Part shown: piece after piece, positions 1 through 12,576 of the stretch | Layout: the number at the start of each line of letters is the position of its first letter | How positions within the stretch are numbered: the stretch's first letter is position 1 | Assembly: GCA_963693365.1 (NCBI GenBank) | Contig: CAVNZM010000006.1 | Coordinates: 8,621,355-8,685,354 of the forward strand | Source: Amoebidium appalachense | Lineage: Eukaryota; Protista; Ichthyosporea | DNA length: 64,000 nt | Reading direction: 5' to 3' | Program-made: the position numbers and the translations under genes | Notes under the pieces: generated by a model | The model's input: the letters and a program-made list of their open reading frames with translations, nothing else | Told to the model about the DNA's origin: nothing | Databases searched by the model: none

Positions 1-660
1 ATGCCAAAAAGAAGCAAATCGTCCATATTCCAGCCTGAGAAATCATATTGTTTATTTTGTATGTGTGTACTTTAAAAATGTCGTGAGGGTGATCGACAAG
101 GTAGCATTGAAAACGAGTGAGGTCTTTTTTGGTCGACCTTGCCCCGCGACAGACCACCGATGAGTATGGGTGAGGATGTATATGCAAGCAAATCACTGTC
201 GTCCACCGCTATTACGTCAATTATCTTATTCTGCCCCATGAACGCGAGCTGTGCGTCCGCCTCGTAAGGGGCCACCACCTTCTCTATACCCTCCGCTTGG
301 CATGTTGCCAACGCCACTCGTGCCATAGACCAGACGACAAAGTGGGACTGTTTAAACTGGCTGTCAACCCGCTCCTGTATTTTCTGACTCTCCTCCGACG
401 AAGTGGCGTGACAAAGGGTGCCCAGAAGTCGTTTCCCTTCATTATACGTGTTTTCGCACGCTTTTAACCGGTTGCTTTTCTCTGTTTGTTTGGCAGGCAT
501 GAGCTACCCATCAAAGACAAAAACAGGGGTAGCTCCCAGTCCATGTTGCCAGAAGTGTATTTCTTTTTTGAACTTGTCGGTTATCTTTTCCACTATTGCT
601 TTTGGTAACACTATTGTGTGTGGGCTGTCAGATGTGTGCAATAACATAGCTAGTTCATGG
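1..660 (-). pseudogene. EXO1/XPG/FEN1-family 5' nuclease pseudogene, 3' part (continues off the window)
   Basis: Motifs PVFVFDG*LMPAK (in-frame TAG at 504-506) and VAPYEADAQLAF...IDVIAVDDSDLL (XPG-I domain). A further frame break precedes YDFSGWNMDDLLLFG near base 1. Joins 7408-7582 once the copia is removed. Confidence 0.85.
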
Positions 661-665
661 CTTTC

Positions 666-1590
666 TGTTGTAATACGTAGTATTTACATATGGTAAGATC
701 TTCTCAGTTTGTGTTATGTTTCAGTTCATATGCTTAGTGTAAAAGCTACACTCCTATTACGTAAAGTGTAGCATCGATCTCCGATATTCTTGTATACTTG
801 TAATCGTCTTGTATCGGCTTTAATCGTGTGTTGTAATATCGATTAGAATATTTATATGTGTGTACACGGATCCACCCACTCAGGGAGAGACGTGTACATG
901 TTCGTGTGTACATAAATATCTCTGGTTATAGTTATGCTATTGCTATCTTGTTTGTTGATCTGTGCTCTCTTTTCCTTCCTCTTTCTCCTTCCTCATTTTC
1001 TTTTCTTTCTCTCTTTGTCTTCATGTGTATAATCGTATTTCTTTTTTACTAATATATGTTAGGTAGATTTGTGTTACTTAATACGTGTTCATTGGACGGT
1101 AACACACTTAGGCTACACTTAGAATAGCATGTGTGTTTAGACTTCATTAATTTACTTTAGTTTTCATGAGTTGCCGGGCTTTAACCAATCATCAAGGTTA
1201 AGTGTGATATGTCTGAGTCTTTGCAGTATGTCATAGGTTAGAACTTCCTTGATGATGACACAAGTTGACCTTAACTAGTGTCTGTGTCCTATCGTGTGCG
1301 TCTCCGCGTACCGGATCTCTCTGAAAGCAATTGGTTCTTAGTGATTGGTTTCTATTAGAGATAGATCTGATTTCCGACTGGTCGGAAATCATGTATGGAT
1401 TGGACTTAGAGGAATTTCAGGTATTTATTCGAAGATCAGAATAAATTCAGTTTAGTCGTGTCTAAACATTGATGTCTGTTGTGTACACTGCTCCGATCGT
1501 TCCGTGTTTTCTTGTTGTGTGTGTCTGTGGTGTTTTCACACTGCACCACTGTGTCTCTGCTTACATCCCAAATACTTATACAATTTAACA
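666..1590 (+). repeat. 5' LTR, family A
   Basis: TGTTGTAATACG...AATTTAACA; direct repeat of 6483-7407. Confidence 0.97.
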
Positions 1591-1604
1591 GGTTATGCAG
1601 CCCT
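1591..1604 (+). promoter_or_regulatory. Primer-binding site of the half-tRNA-iMet (copia/Ty5) type
   Basis: GGTTATGCAGCCCT directly after the LTR. Matches the Ty5-type GGTTATGAGCCCT with one extra C; the same sequence is at 31608-31621 on the minus strand. Confidence 0.75.
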
Positions 1605-1652
1605 TTTGCACGCTCCCTACACACATCTAGAACTAGCGCTCGTTTTTCAATC

Positions 1653-4600
1653 ATGGATCCAAACAAAACTGGCGTAAACAAAATAACCATGTGGAAAGGT
1701 GAAGGGAAGACTGGTCCCGATAGCAAAACCACCTATTTTCAGTGGGAAATCATTTTTCTCGGCATGATGACCGGCACTAAAGGTGTCCGACTCGTGGATG
1801 TTGTACTTGCTGACAACTACGTCCCCCCTACCACCGTCGCGGTTGACGGTGAACCCCCCCTTCTACGGCTACGGCACTACCGCAGAACTCAAGGAGGCCC
1901 GCAATTGCCTCCTGCTCCATATGATTCAGAACATCGACCCTTCCGTCCTCACCACCGTTGCCCAGTACCGTATTGGCATGGACCCTGAACGGGCCATGTG
2001 GAAATTCCGCCAGCACTACCTCCAAGGCAAACCCGATCAGATCCGCATCCTTCACCGTCAGTGGGATGCCTGTGCCCTTCAGCCCGGTGAATCATTCACC
2101 ACCTACCTGAGTCGTCTGCAGACCATCGTGAACCAGCTCCAGTCCCTCCAAGATGAGTCCATTCACTTCACTCGTCTAGCTGAGAAGTTCTTCAATGAAC
2201 TCACCACCAGAGACGACCTCACCCCTGAGTTCAACCGTCTTATCGAAGACTATCACTTCGGTGATAAGCTATTCCCCGACTTCGAGTCCCTCCACAACCA
2301 CGTCAAGGGCATCGAGTTACGTCAAGACCTCAAGATGCAACTCCGGAGCAACCGTGTCCAACGTGCCTCCAAGTCCAGCATGGCATTAAATGCCAGTGCT
2401 CCCCCCCGTGATCTTCCTCGCCGTGACTTACGCAACCGACTTGACCGTACCCCTGGCACGGACCTCCGAACTCGTCTCTCCCGTCAGCACACCCGATCCC
2501 GTTCCCCCCACCGGCCTGCCTTCCGGTCCACGTCTCGTTCCCCCAGTCGTTCCCGTTTCTCGGGTTCCCGTCGTTCTGATTCCCCGGCTCGTTCTAACAA
2601 CCCGTCCGTGAAAGCATGCTCCTACTGCCACGAGCCTGATCACACGATCATCGATTGCCCCGAGCCGAAATGCCGTATGTCCAGACACAACCGTTCCCGT
2701 CAGGGCAGTGAGAAATCTGTCTCCTTTGCTTTCTCGGCATACAATGCTAGCTCCGTCCCCGTGTCCTCCGACCCTGCCTGGGATTCCGGGTGCAACATGA
2801 CTGTCTGCCCCACCCGTGAGTTCTTCCATGACCTCACTCCCCTTCCGACACCGACTCCCGTTGCTGCCTTTAATGGCACCCCCGTCTTGGCCACCCACAC
2901 CGGCCATATCGTCATCAACACCACCACCGACCATGGCACTGCCACCCTTACCATTGAAGCCTACTACACCCCGTCTGGCCAAGCCTTCCTCATTTCAACA
3001 TCCCAAGCTGCTGCCGAATACATCAAGGGTGATTTGAATGATGCCTCCACTCCGTCATTCCTCTTCGACCGACTCACCGGCCGTCATCTCGTCAACCTCC
3101 GTCTACACAACGGTCTGTATTACTTCAAGGACTACACCATTCAACCACCCACTCGTCCTGTGGCTCTGGCTGCCACTACCAGTGTTAACCCATCCATCTG
3201 GCACCATCGTCTGGGGCACCGTGCCATGACCAGCATCAAGGACATGGTGAAACACGACCTTGTTATTGGTCTCCCCTCGTCTGTCCTCGACTGTGATGTT
3301 CCTGATTGTCATGGCTGCATTATGGGTAAAACCACCAAGGCTCCGTTCACGGGTGACCGTCCTCACTCCAACATCCCCGGTCATGAATGGCATTGGGATT
3401 TTTTTGAGCCTACCACAACATCGTACGGAGGTTCCAAGGTTGCTCTCGTCACTGTCTGCCGTGCCTCTGGACTCGTCAAGATCTACCCGATGGCCGACCG
3501 TACAACCACCCTGGACACTCTCACAGCTCACACCAACCTCGTTGCTACCCATGCCCCCTCCAAAGTTGGTGTCTACCACTTCGACTCCGGCTCTGAGTTC
3601 ACCTCCAAGGCTACCCGTGCTTTTTGCCTCTCCCAGGGCATCAAGGCCAGCTATGCTCCGGTGGACTGCCCTCAACTGAACGGCTATGTTGAACGTCGTA
3701 TGCGGTTCCTCCAAGAGATTGTTCGTTGCCTCCTCCATCAAGTCCAAGATCAGTCTCTGTCCCCCAAACTGTGGGCTGAGGCCCTCCAACATGCCGCCTA
3801 CATCATCAACGTCACCCCGTCCACGACTGCCAATGGTCGTACACCATTCGAGGTTTTCTACGGTGTCAAGCCCGACATCTCCGAGCTCAAAGTGTTCGGT
3901 TGCCCTGCCTACACTCATGTGCCAGCCTCTAAACGGAACAAGCTGGCCCCCACCGTCAAACTCGGCATGTATATCGGCTATGATCTTCAATCACACTGCC
4001 ACCGGATCTTCAACCCCACCACCCATCGTGTCGGCCTCTTCCGTGATGTGATTTTCGACGAATCAGCTTATCTCCCGTCCGACATTCCATCAACACTTCC
4101 GACCCCCGACACCACTGCTACCTCGACCACCCCACCCCCCACAGTTGACACTGAAGATGATGTTTGTCTGGTGTACTCTGGCCCCCCTCCTGTCATCGTC
4201 GTTCCCCCGACACCCCCCCCCCGCCGGCCCCCCTGCCCCCGTGCCCGTCCAGCCTGCCGACCCTCATCCTGCCCCTGGCAACGTCACACCCATCCGACCC
4301 GGCTCCCCCGACAACTTCCACTCGGCCCCGTCCAGCCCGGAGGTTGCCCCCCCTGCAATTCCGAACTTCCAAGTTCCCCCCCCCCCCGTCTCCACCTCCC
4401 CCGGTTCCTGCACCCAGTCGTTCTGCCCGTCTACAGGGCAAGGTTGGACTTCAAGCCACCACCACCCTGCCAGTCCCCCCCGGTCCCTCCATCAACATCG
4501 ACCAACTACCCAAACTTGTCCGTCAACTGTGTTCCGGACCCAATGGTGACCAGGTCCAGTCAACCCTCACTGCTGAGTATCAAGCCTTCGTCGACAAAGA

Positions 4601-6060
4601 CATCTTTGAACTTGTTGACCCTCCCCCTGGTGCTAACATCGTCGGCTTCAAGTGGATTGTCTCCGAGAAAACTCTCAACTCGGCTGGTGACACCAAGATC
4701 AAGGCCCGTGGTGTTGCTCAAGGCTTCAGTCAGCAATACGGTGTTGACTATGAGTTGATTGAGAGCCCTGTCATCCGTCCGGCTGCTCTCCGTGCTATCC
4801 TAGCTCTGGCCGTTGTTGAAGGTCATGACATCCATCAACTCGACGTGTCTACGGCCTTTCTCAACAGCCCACTCACCGAGACCATCTACATGAAACAACC
4901 CCCGGGATTCATCACCATGGCTACACTTGGCAAGGTCTGGAGACTCAAGAAAGCCCTGTACGGCCTCAAGCAAGCCTCCAAGGCTTGGTACGACTTCCTC
5001 GACGGCATTCTTCTTGCCCATGGCCTGACCCGTACTAAGACCGACCCGTGCATCTACCTCCGGTTCTTCCCCAACAACGATGTGGTTCGGGCTGGTAACT
5101 ACGTCGACGACTCCACCATCACCAACACCCGGGGTTCTACTGCTGCCAGTGACCTGGCTGCCCACATCAGCAAGATGGCCAGCTGTCGTATGAGTCCATT
5201 TGACCGTATGCTCGGTGTTGATTTTAATCACTCTGATCCCCATCACCTCCACATGCACCAGAGGTCTTACATCATGGATATCATCCACGACTTCAACCTC
5301 ACCGATGCCAAGTCCAAGTCTACCCCCATCCCTGCAGGCACCACCGTCTCCCTGGCTGACTGCCCCCCCCAACCGTTCACCGTGCCCTACCGTGAGTTAC
5401 TCGGCCGTCTCCTCTGGGTGGCACGGTGCACACGTCCCGACATTGCCTATGCCATCGGCTTCCTTGGTCGATTCAGCACCAACCCCGGCAAGACTCACTG
5501 GGACCTTCTCCGTCGTGTGGCCCGGTACCTGCTCGGCACCATTGACCTTGGCATTGACTACAAGTACTCGGCCACCCAGGCCCCCATACTCGAATGCTAC
5601 ACGGATGCTGACTTTGCTGGTTGTGCCGACAGCAAGAAGTCTACCACCGGCTACATCATCGAGTTTGCTGGTATGCCCATCATCTGGTACTCCAAGCTCC
5701 AGCCCATCACGGCCACCAGCACCACTGAAGCTGAGCTGGTTGCTCTTAATGCTGGCACCCAAGAAGTTGCTTGGGTCCGTGACCTCTTCAAGGAACTCGG
5801 CTGCCCCATGCTTGCTCCGACTCCGGTGTACTGTGACAACCAGTCGACCATTGCCATCGTCAACTCCACCGGCATCAAGCACCGTACCAAACACATTGCC
5901 GTCCGGTATCACAACACCAAGGACTACATTGCAAGTGGGGATGTGGTTGTCCACTACGTTGAATCAGCACAACTTAGCTGACATCCTCACCAAACCCCTC
6001 CCCGGCCCGAGTCATGTCAACCATCGTGCTAAACTTTGTTTGCCGGATATTGTGGATTGA
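1653..6060 (+). CDS. Copia Gag-Pol polyprotein, frameshifted (about 1855, about 4200-4390, about 5968)
   Basis: CSYCHEPDHTIIDC zinc knuckle, WDSGC protease, WHHRLGH...CHGC GAG-pre-integrase, DSGSEF/NGYVER integrase, QLDVSTAFLN/LYGLKQ/YVDD reverse transcriptase, YTDADFAG/TEAE/CDNQS/ADILTK RNase H. Confidence 0.93.
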
Positions 6061-6473
6061 CCCGTCCTACTTCAAGAGTGATTTTCTAATGTTTACTACT
6101 TACTTTATCATAATCATTATTTCATATGTATATTGCCTTTGTGGGTATGCCCACTTAGGGTTTATATATAAGGTTTGACCTGTACCATGACTCTACTCTA
6201 TCTTTCACTGGTTTAAAACCCAGTTAATCACACCCCGACTATACACGTTATACATATTCGTTGTTTTTGCCCCGGTTCCTTTCCCCCCCCCTCCCCCCCC
6301 TCCCCCCCCCCCCTTCCCCCCCCCTTCCCCCCCCTCCCCCCCCCCCCTTCTCCCCCCCCCCCCCCCCCCCCCCCGGAAAAGTACACACTTTAATTTTTTT
6401 CTCCGTTTCTGTTCTCAAGTGGGGAGATTTCACTAGTTCAGTGGGCATATGATAACACAAACTTCAAAGTCTT

Positions 6474-6482
6474 AAGTGGGGA
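6474..6482 (+). promoter_or_regulatory. Polypurine tract of copia copy 1
   Basis: AAGTGGGGA abutting the 3' LTR; the same motif is at 11261 on the minus strand. Confidence 0.7.
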
Positions 6483-7407
6483 TGTTGTAATACGTAGTAT
6501 TTACATATGGTAAGATCTTCTCAGTTTGTGTTATGTTTCAGTTCATATGCTTAGTGTAAAAGCTACACTCCTATTACGTAAAGTGTAGCATCGATCTCCG
6601 ATATTCTTGTATACTTGTAATCGTCTTGTATCGGCTTTAATCGTGTGTTGTAATATCGATTAGAATATTTATATGTGTGTACACGGATCCACCCACTCAG
6701 GGAGAGACGTGTACATGTTCGTGTGTACATAAATATCTCTGGTTATAGTTATGCTATTGCTATCTTGTTTGTTGATCTGTGCTCTCTTTTCCTTCCTCTT
6801 TCTCCTTCCTCATTTTCTTTTCTTTCTCTCTTTGTCTTCATGTGTATAATCGTATTTCTTTTTTACTAATATATGTTAGGTAGATTTGTGTTACTTAATA
6901 CGTGTTCATTGGACGGTAACACACTTAGGCTACACTTAGAATAGCATGTGTGTTTAGACTTCATTAATTTACTTTAGTTTTCATGAGTTGCCGGGCTTTA
7001 ACCAATCATCAAGGTTAAGTGTGATATGTCTGAGTCTTTGCAGTATGTCATAGGTTAGAACTTCCTTGATGATGACACAAGTTGACCTTAACTAGTGTCT
7101 GTGTCCTATCGTGTGCGTCTCCGCGTACCGGATCTCTCTGAAAGCAATTGGTTCTTAGTGATTGGTTTCTATTAGAGATAGATCTGATTTCCGACTGGTC
7201 GGAAATCATGTATGGATTGGACTTAGAGGAATTTCAGGTATTTATTCGAAGATCAGAATAAATTCAGTTTAGTCGTGTCTAAACATTGATGTCTGTTGTG
7301 TACACTGCTCCGATCGTTCCGTGTTTTCTTGTTGTGTGTGTCTGTGGTGTTTTCACACTGCACCACTGTGTCTCTGCTTACATCCCAAATACTTATACAA
7401 TTTAACA
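6483..7407 (+). repeat. 3' LTR, family A
   Basis: 925-bp direct repeat of 666-1590. Confidence 0.97.
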
Positions 7408-7582
7408 CTTTCCTTCGACTCTTTGCAGGTACACTACTAAGGGCCTTGTGAAGAATAGCACTAGCATCAATGCCCACCCGCTTGTCAGAGAGTAAACTAG
7501 AGAGCTCGGCAAAAGTGCACCCCTTTTTCTTTTTCTCCGGATCCGTCAGGCCAACCACTGGTAAAAGATTATCAAACCCCAT
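7408..7582 (-). pseudogene. EXO1/XPG-family nuclease pseudogene, N-terminal part
   Basis: MGFDNLLP...KRVGIDASAILHKA is the XPG-N motif; a 1-nt frameshift near 7422 is needed to join the 3' part. Confidence 0.85.
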
Positions 7583-9111
7583 TTTTTACGTTTAGGCGGT
7601 GATGTACTGTCCCTTCTGCACTGGCTCCTCTAACGATTGGTAAACGCTTTTTGGTAAAAAATGAGGACGCTAATGGCCAATCATCACCGGAATCGGTTTT
7701 TAAGTTCTTGCCGATTTTGCTCATTAAATGAGCGTTCCATTGTTGGTTGTAAACTTTATGATTCAGGGTAGTCTTTTCTATTTATGCCTAGCATGTACAT
7801 AATATTATGTCACTGGCTGCATTTGATTGGCTGCGCTGAAAACGCAGTAGGCCGTCGAATGTGGCTGGGCCTCCGGCAGTCTCCACGCAATAAAAAGTGT
7901 GTAAACCCCCATGATCATATAGGCTATACCGAAGCATACCGAAATAGTGACTGCTGCACCCATTGTTTTGTGGTTTGCTCACGAAACAATCGGATAACCG
8001 TATATTCTGTTCCGCAATTTAGCGCCCCGACACGGACGCTTCACGTACGTGCGTCGCGGGTGCCTTTTGGGACAGTCGTTTTGGGGTTTTTTTATATAAT
8101 AAAACCCATAGTTTTTGATTAAAGATACTGGCAGGCGAATGCGGGACTCCTGTCTGCTAGATGGGGCCGGTGGCTCATGCCCCTCGTGCAGGTACAATCC
8201 AAAACTGTTATGAGAAAACGAATGTTGAAGAGTGTGTGTGTTTGTGATCAAAGTATTTATGAGCACGTGTTTTACGCTGGTTTTGGCGACCACGGCGGGG
8301 TTCCTTTAAAAAAAGTTACGTAATATGAATCCCCGTGAAGATTTCAGCAAATCGGATTGATGCACTTATCGATTCCAGGGTTGGAAACTGTGAACCCGAG
8401 AATCCTCTCGCCGCCGGCCTTCGAAAATTGGGGGGCAGCTCGATGAAAATAAGACACGCTTAGGAAAAACACCCGCGTAGGAACAGAAACACATAGTCCA
8501 CCCCCGTGTTTTTGACGCTTTTCGGAAATAAAAAACATACACTAAGTTTGTGTAAAACTCCTGGCGTCGTTGCTCGAACGCAACGCGCGCTATATAATTT
8601 CCAAGTCAACGATGCCTATATTTTTGGAACTGATGCATATATCATCGGCGAACAAAAGGGAGTTGAAGGTCGGAGACGTCTTTTAAGTTTGGGTAATGGA
8701 CACAGATATAAAACCCGCTATTGCGAGCCTGCTTCGGCCCCTAGGCCTTGGCATCGGGCTAGCAGGCGCAGCAGTTATTGTGCTCGTATCACCTTGTGTT
8801 CCTATTGGCGCGGATTTCGACGCGTGAGCCAGCTTTTGCACAGCGATTAGTCGGGCGTTGTGTCTGAGACTCTGTGTCACACTACCTGTGGAAGCCGTGC
8901 AATCGATATAGCTGCGCGCGCGCTTGCGCATGCGGGCTGGGAGCACGAGAACGGTTAAGAGCCGCGCCGTTCACAGCCTGAGGACATTTTTCTTCCCTGG
9001 CACTTGGCGACAAAATAGCAGAAATGCTTGAGAATAGCTCGATTCCAGGGCATCTACACATTCAATGGCAATTATTTATTTGGCATAACCTACATTAGCC
9101 CCACTGTGTTT

Positions 9112-9190
9112 GGGCCCCCACCGGTGGGGGCCCCCACGATCAGATCGATTTTCGCCGGTAATTAGTGCGGGCCCCCACCGGCGGGGGCCC
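9112..9190. repeat. Two subterminal 22-bp GC palindromes (9112-9133 perfect, 9169-9190 one mismatch)
   Basis: GGGCCCCCACCGGTGGGGGCCC; third copy at 37351-37372. Confidence 0.9.
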
Positions 9191-9585
9191 ACACCCCTGA
9201 AAAAAGGGGGTTCGCTCAAGAGGTTTTTCTGCTCGTGGGAGAAAGAAGGGGGTAAATTTTGTATATACAGTGATGAATATACATAATAATGCAGCTTTGG
9301 CTCGGTTTTCAGCGGCGCAGCGGTTTTTCTTGTTGTTCTGCTTTGCTAGCAAAAAAGGGACGCTTTTCATATGATCAAAATAGACTCTTCCATGTCACGT
9401 CTGTGTTTAGATTCAGAACATGAGCGTTGCAACGCCATGCACGTTATGTATAACGTTTTGCACACTTTTGTTTATAGCCATAAACGGCTACCAGTAAAGA
9501 ACCTGACCATTCAAAGCTGCAGAAAGTCATGTAAAGTGTTCAACGTCCAGATCCAAGCTACACATAGGCTATTATTGTTTGTACG

Positions 9586-10053
9586 TATACACCGGACAGC
9601 ATTTTGGTCCTTGATGATGATCAATTGGCCCTGCGGTCATCGGATCAGGACTCTACCGGCATAGCTGTGTTAAACAATCCGGCCAAGCGGGTGGGGCCAG
9701 TTCATCATGGGGTTGCATCACTGGCAACGGGCAAGTACGTGGTGGGCCACTGTCAGCTCTCCAATGAGACCGTTGTGCAGTGCTGGGAAATTCTCTACAA
9801 ACGGATGACTGGATACCACCCATCAACACCGCTGCGTCCGAACAAAAAAGCACTTGATCGGGGGTATCAGTCCACACACTTGAACGCAGCAGTTTCAAAA
9901 TACGGGCTCAAAATTATCGGTACGCATAAGCGTGTTCCAGGCTATCCGTTCTCGTTTGGTGATGCTAAGTCCAAAAGTGGGGTGTTCATTATTCCCTGTT
10001 TCGGTGCACGTGCAGCTTACTGGGCCGTGCGGCTAACAAATGGTTGGAAATAA
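9586..10053 (+). pseudogene. piggyBac-like DDD transposase fragment
   Basis: YTPDSILVLDDDQLALRS, NNPAKRVG and DRGYQSTHL...GLKIIGTHKR parallel piggyBac YTPGAHLTIDEQLLGFRG, NKPSKYG and DNWFTSIPL...LTIVGTVR; ends before a third catalytic Asp region. Confidence 0.7.
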
Positions 10054-10214
10054 CTCCCCCCCCCCCCCCCCCGTTCATGTTATCTCCAGGAAAAAATAAG
10101 ACAATTCGGAAGCCCCCCCCTCCCCCCCTCCCCCCCCCCCCTCCCCCCCCCCCCCCCCCCCCCCCCCCATGCACAGTGACATAGACACACACCAATAGCT
10201 TGCGCGGAACCTCC

Positions 10215-10250
<36 letters not shown>

Positions 10251-10329
10251 ATGTACAGTGACAGACACACACCAATAGCTTGCGCGTGTGGGTGTGCACA
10301 CTGACATACACACATACACACACACCCAC

Positions 10330-11260
10330 TGTTAAATTGTATAAGTATTTGGGATGAAAGCAGAGACACAGTGGTGCAGTGTAAAAACACCACAGACAAA
10401 CACAACAACAAAACACGGAACGATCGGAGCAGTGTACACAACAGACATCAATGTTTAGACACGACTGAACTGAATTTATTCTGATCTTCGAATAAATACC
10501 TGAAATTCCTCTAAGTCCAATCCATACATGATTTCCGACCAGTCGGAAATCAGATCTATCTCTAATAGAAACCAATCACTAAGAACCAATTGCTTTCAGA
10601 GAGATCCGGTACGCGGAGACGTACACGATAGGACACAGACACTAGTTAAGATCAACTCGTGTCATCATCAAGGAAGTTCTAACCTATGACATACTGCAAA
10701 GACTCAGACATATCACACTTAACCTTGATGATTGGTTAAAGCCCGGCAACACATGAAAACTAAAGTAAATTAATGAAGTCTAAACACACATGCTATTCTA
10801 AGTGTAGCCTAAGTGTGTTACCGTCCAATGAACACGTATTAAGTAACACAAATCTACCTAACATATATTAGTAGAAAAGAAATACGATTATACACATGAA
10901 GACAAGGAGAGAAAGAAAAGAAAATAAGGAAGGAGAAAGAGGAAGGAAAAGAGAGCACAGATCAACAAACAAGATAGTAATAGCATAACTATAACCAGAG
11001 ATATTTATGTACACACGAACATGTACACGTCTCTCCCTGAGTGGGTGGATCCGTGTACACACAAAGTCATATAAATATTCTAATCGATATTACAACACAC
11101 GATTAAAGCCGATACAACACGATTACAAGTATACAAGCATATCGGAGATCGATGCTACACTTTACATAATAGGAGTGTGGCATATACACTAAGCATATGA
11201 ACTGAAACATAACACAAACTGAGAAGATCTTACCATATGTAAATACTACGTATTACAACA
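10330..11260 (-). repeat. 3' LTR of copia copy 2
   Basis: Reverse complement of LTR A, followed by TCCCCACTT (PPT). Confidence 0.95.
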
Positions 11261-12576
11261 TCCCCACTTAAGACTTTGAAGTTTGTGTTATCATATCCCC
11301 ACTGAACTAGTGAAATCTCCCCACTTGAGAACAGAAACGAAAAAAAAAAAAAAAAATTAAAGTGTGTACGTTTCCCGGGGGGGGGGGGGGGGGGGGGGGG
11401 GGGAAGGGGGGGAGGGGGGGGGGGGGGGGAAGGAACCGGGGCAAAAACAACGAATATGTATAACGTGTATAGGCGGGGTTTGATTAACTGGGTTTTAAAC
11501 CAGTGAAAGATAGAGTAGAGTCGCGGTACAGGTCAAACCTTATATAAAAACCCTAAGTGGGCATACCCACAAAGGCAATATACATATGAAATAATGATTA
11601 TGATAAAGTAAGTAGTAAACATTAGAAAATCACTCTTGAAGTAGGACGGGTCAATCCACAATATCCGGCAAACAAAGTCGGGCACGATGGGTGACATGAC
11701 TCGGGCCGGGTAGGGGTTTGGTGAGGATGTCGGCTAAGTTGTGGGCTGACTCAACGTAGTGGACAACTACATCCCCACTTGCAATGTAGTCCTTGGTGTT
11801 GTGATACCGGACGGCAATGTGTTTGGTACGGTGCTTGATGCCGGTGGAGTTGACGATGGCAATGGTCGACTGGTTGTCACAGTACACCGGAGTCGGAGCA
11901 AGCATGGGGCAGCTGAGTTCCTTGAAGAGGTCACGGACCCAAGCAACTTCTTGGGTGCCAGCATTGAGAGCAATCAGCTCAGCTTCAGTGGTGCTGGTGG
12001 CCGTGATGGGCTGGAGCTTGGAGTACCAGATGATGGGCATACCAGCAAACTCGATGATGTAGCCGGTGGTAGACTTCTTGCTGTCGGCACAACCAGCAAA
12101 GTCAGCATCCGTGTAGCATTCGAGTATGGGGGGCTGGGTGGCCGAGTACTTGTAGTCAATGCCAAGGTCAATGGTGCCGAGCAGGTACCGGGCCACACGA
12201 CGGAGAAGGTCCCAGTGAGTCTTGCCGGGGTTGGTGCTGAACCGACCAAGGAAGCCGATGGCATAGGTAATGTCGGGACGTGTGCACCGTGCCACCCAGA
12301 GGAGACGGCCGAGTAACTCACGGTAGGGCACGGTGAACGGTTGGGGGGGGCAGTCAGCCAGGGAGACGGTGGTGCCTGCAGGGATATGGGTAGACTTGGA
12401 CTTGGCATCGGTGAGGTTGAAGTCGTGGATGATATCCATGATGTAAGACCTCTGGTGCATGTGGAGGTGATGGGGATCAGAGTGATTAAAATCAACACCG
12501 AGCATACGGTCAAATGGACTCATACGACAGCTGGCCATCTTGCTGATGTGGGCAGCCAGGTCACTGGCAGCAGTAG

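Larger units (their letters stand above)
666..7407 (+). mobile_element. Full-length Ty1/copia LTR retrotransposon (copy 1)
   Basis: Two 925-bp TG...CA LTRs with no difference seen by eye, 5-bp TSD CTTTC (661-665, 7408-7412), PBS, PPT, and domain order gag-PR-INT-RT-RNaseH. Confidence 0.97.

Noticed and set aside
858-1052. Hydrophobic 64-aa ORF repeated at 6675, 10868 and 32777
   Set aside because: Lies in the T/C-rich part of LTR A; recurrence reflects LTR copies and there is no coding evidence.
2428-5954. Long antisense ORFs over copia pol (likewise over Gypsy pol)
   Set aside because: Shadow frames expected from strong C-ending codon bias; no motifs.
6280-6375. Long poly-C/G tracts here and throughout as functional G-quadruplex signals
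   Set aside because: Ubiquitous in introns and TEs across the window, and their lengths are unreliable; no specific function can be supported.
7600-9094. Short ORFs and a possible further element here and at 37394-38437
   Set aside because: No recognisable domains and no paired termini with a TSD could be established.
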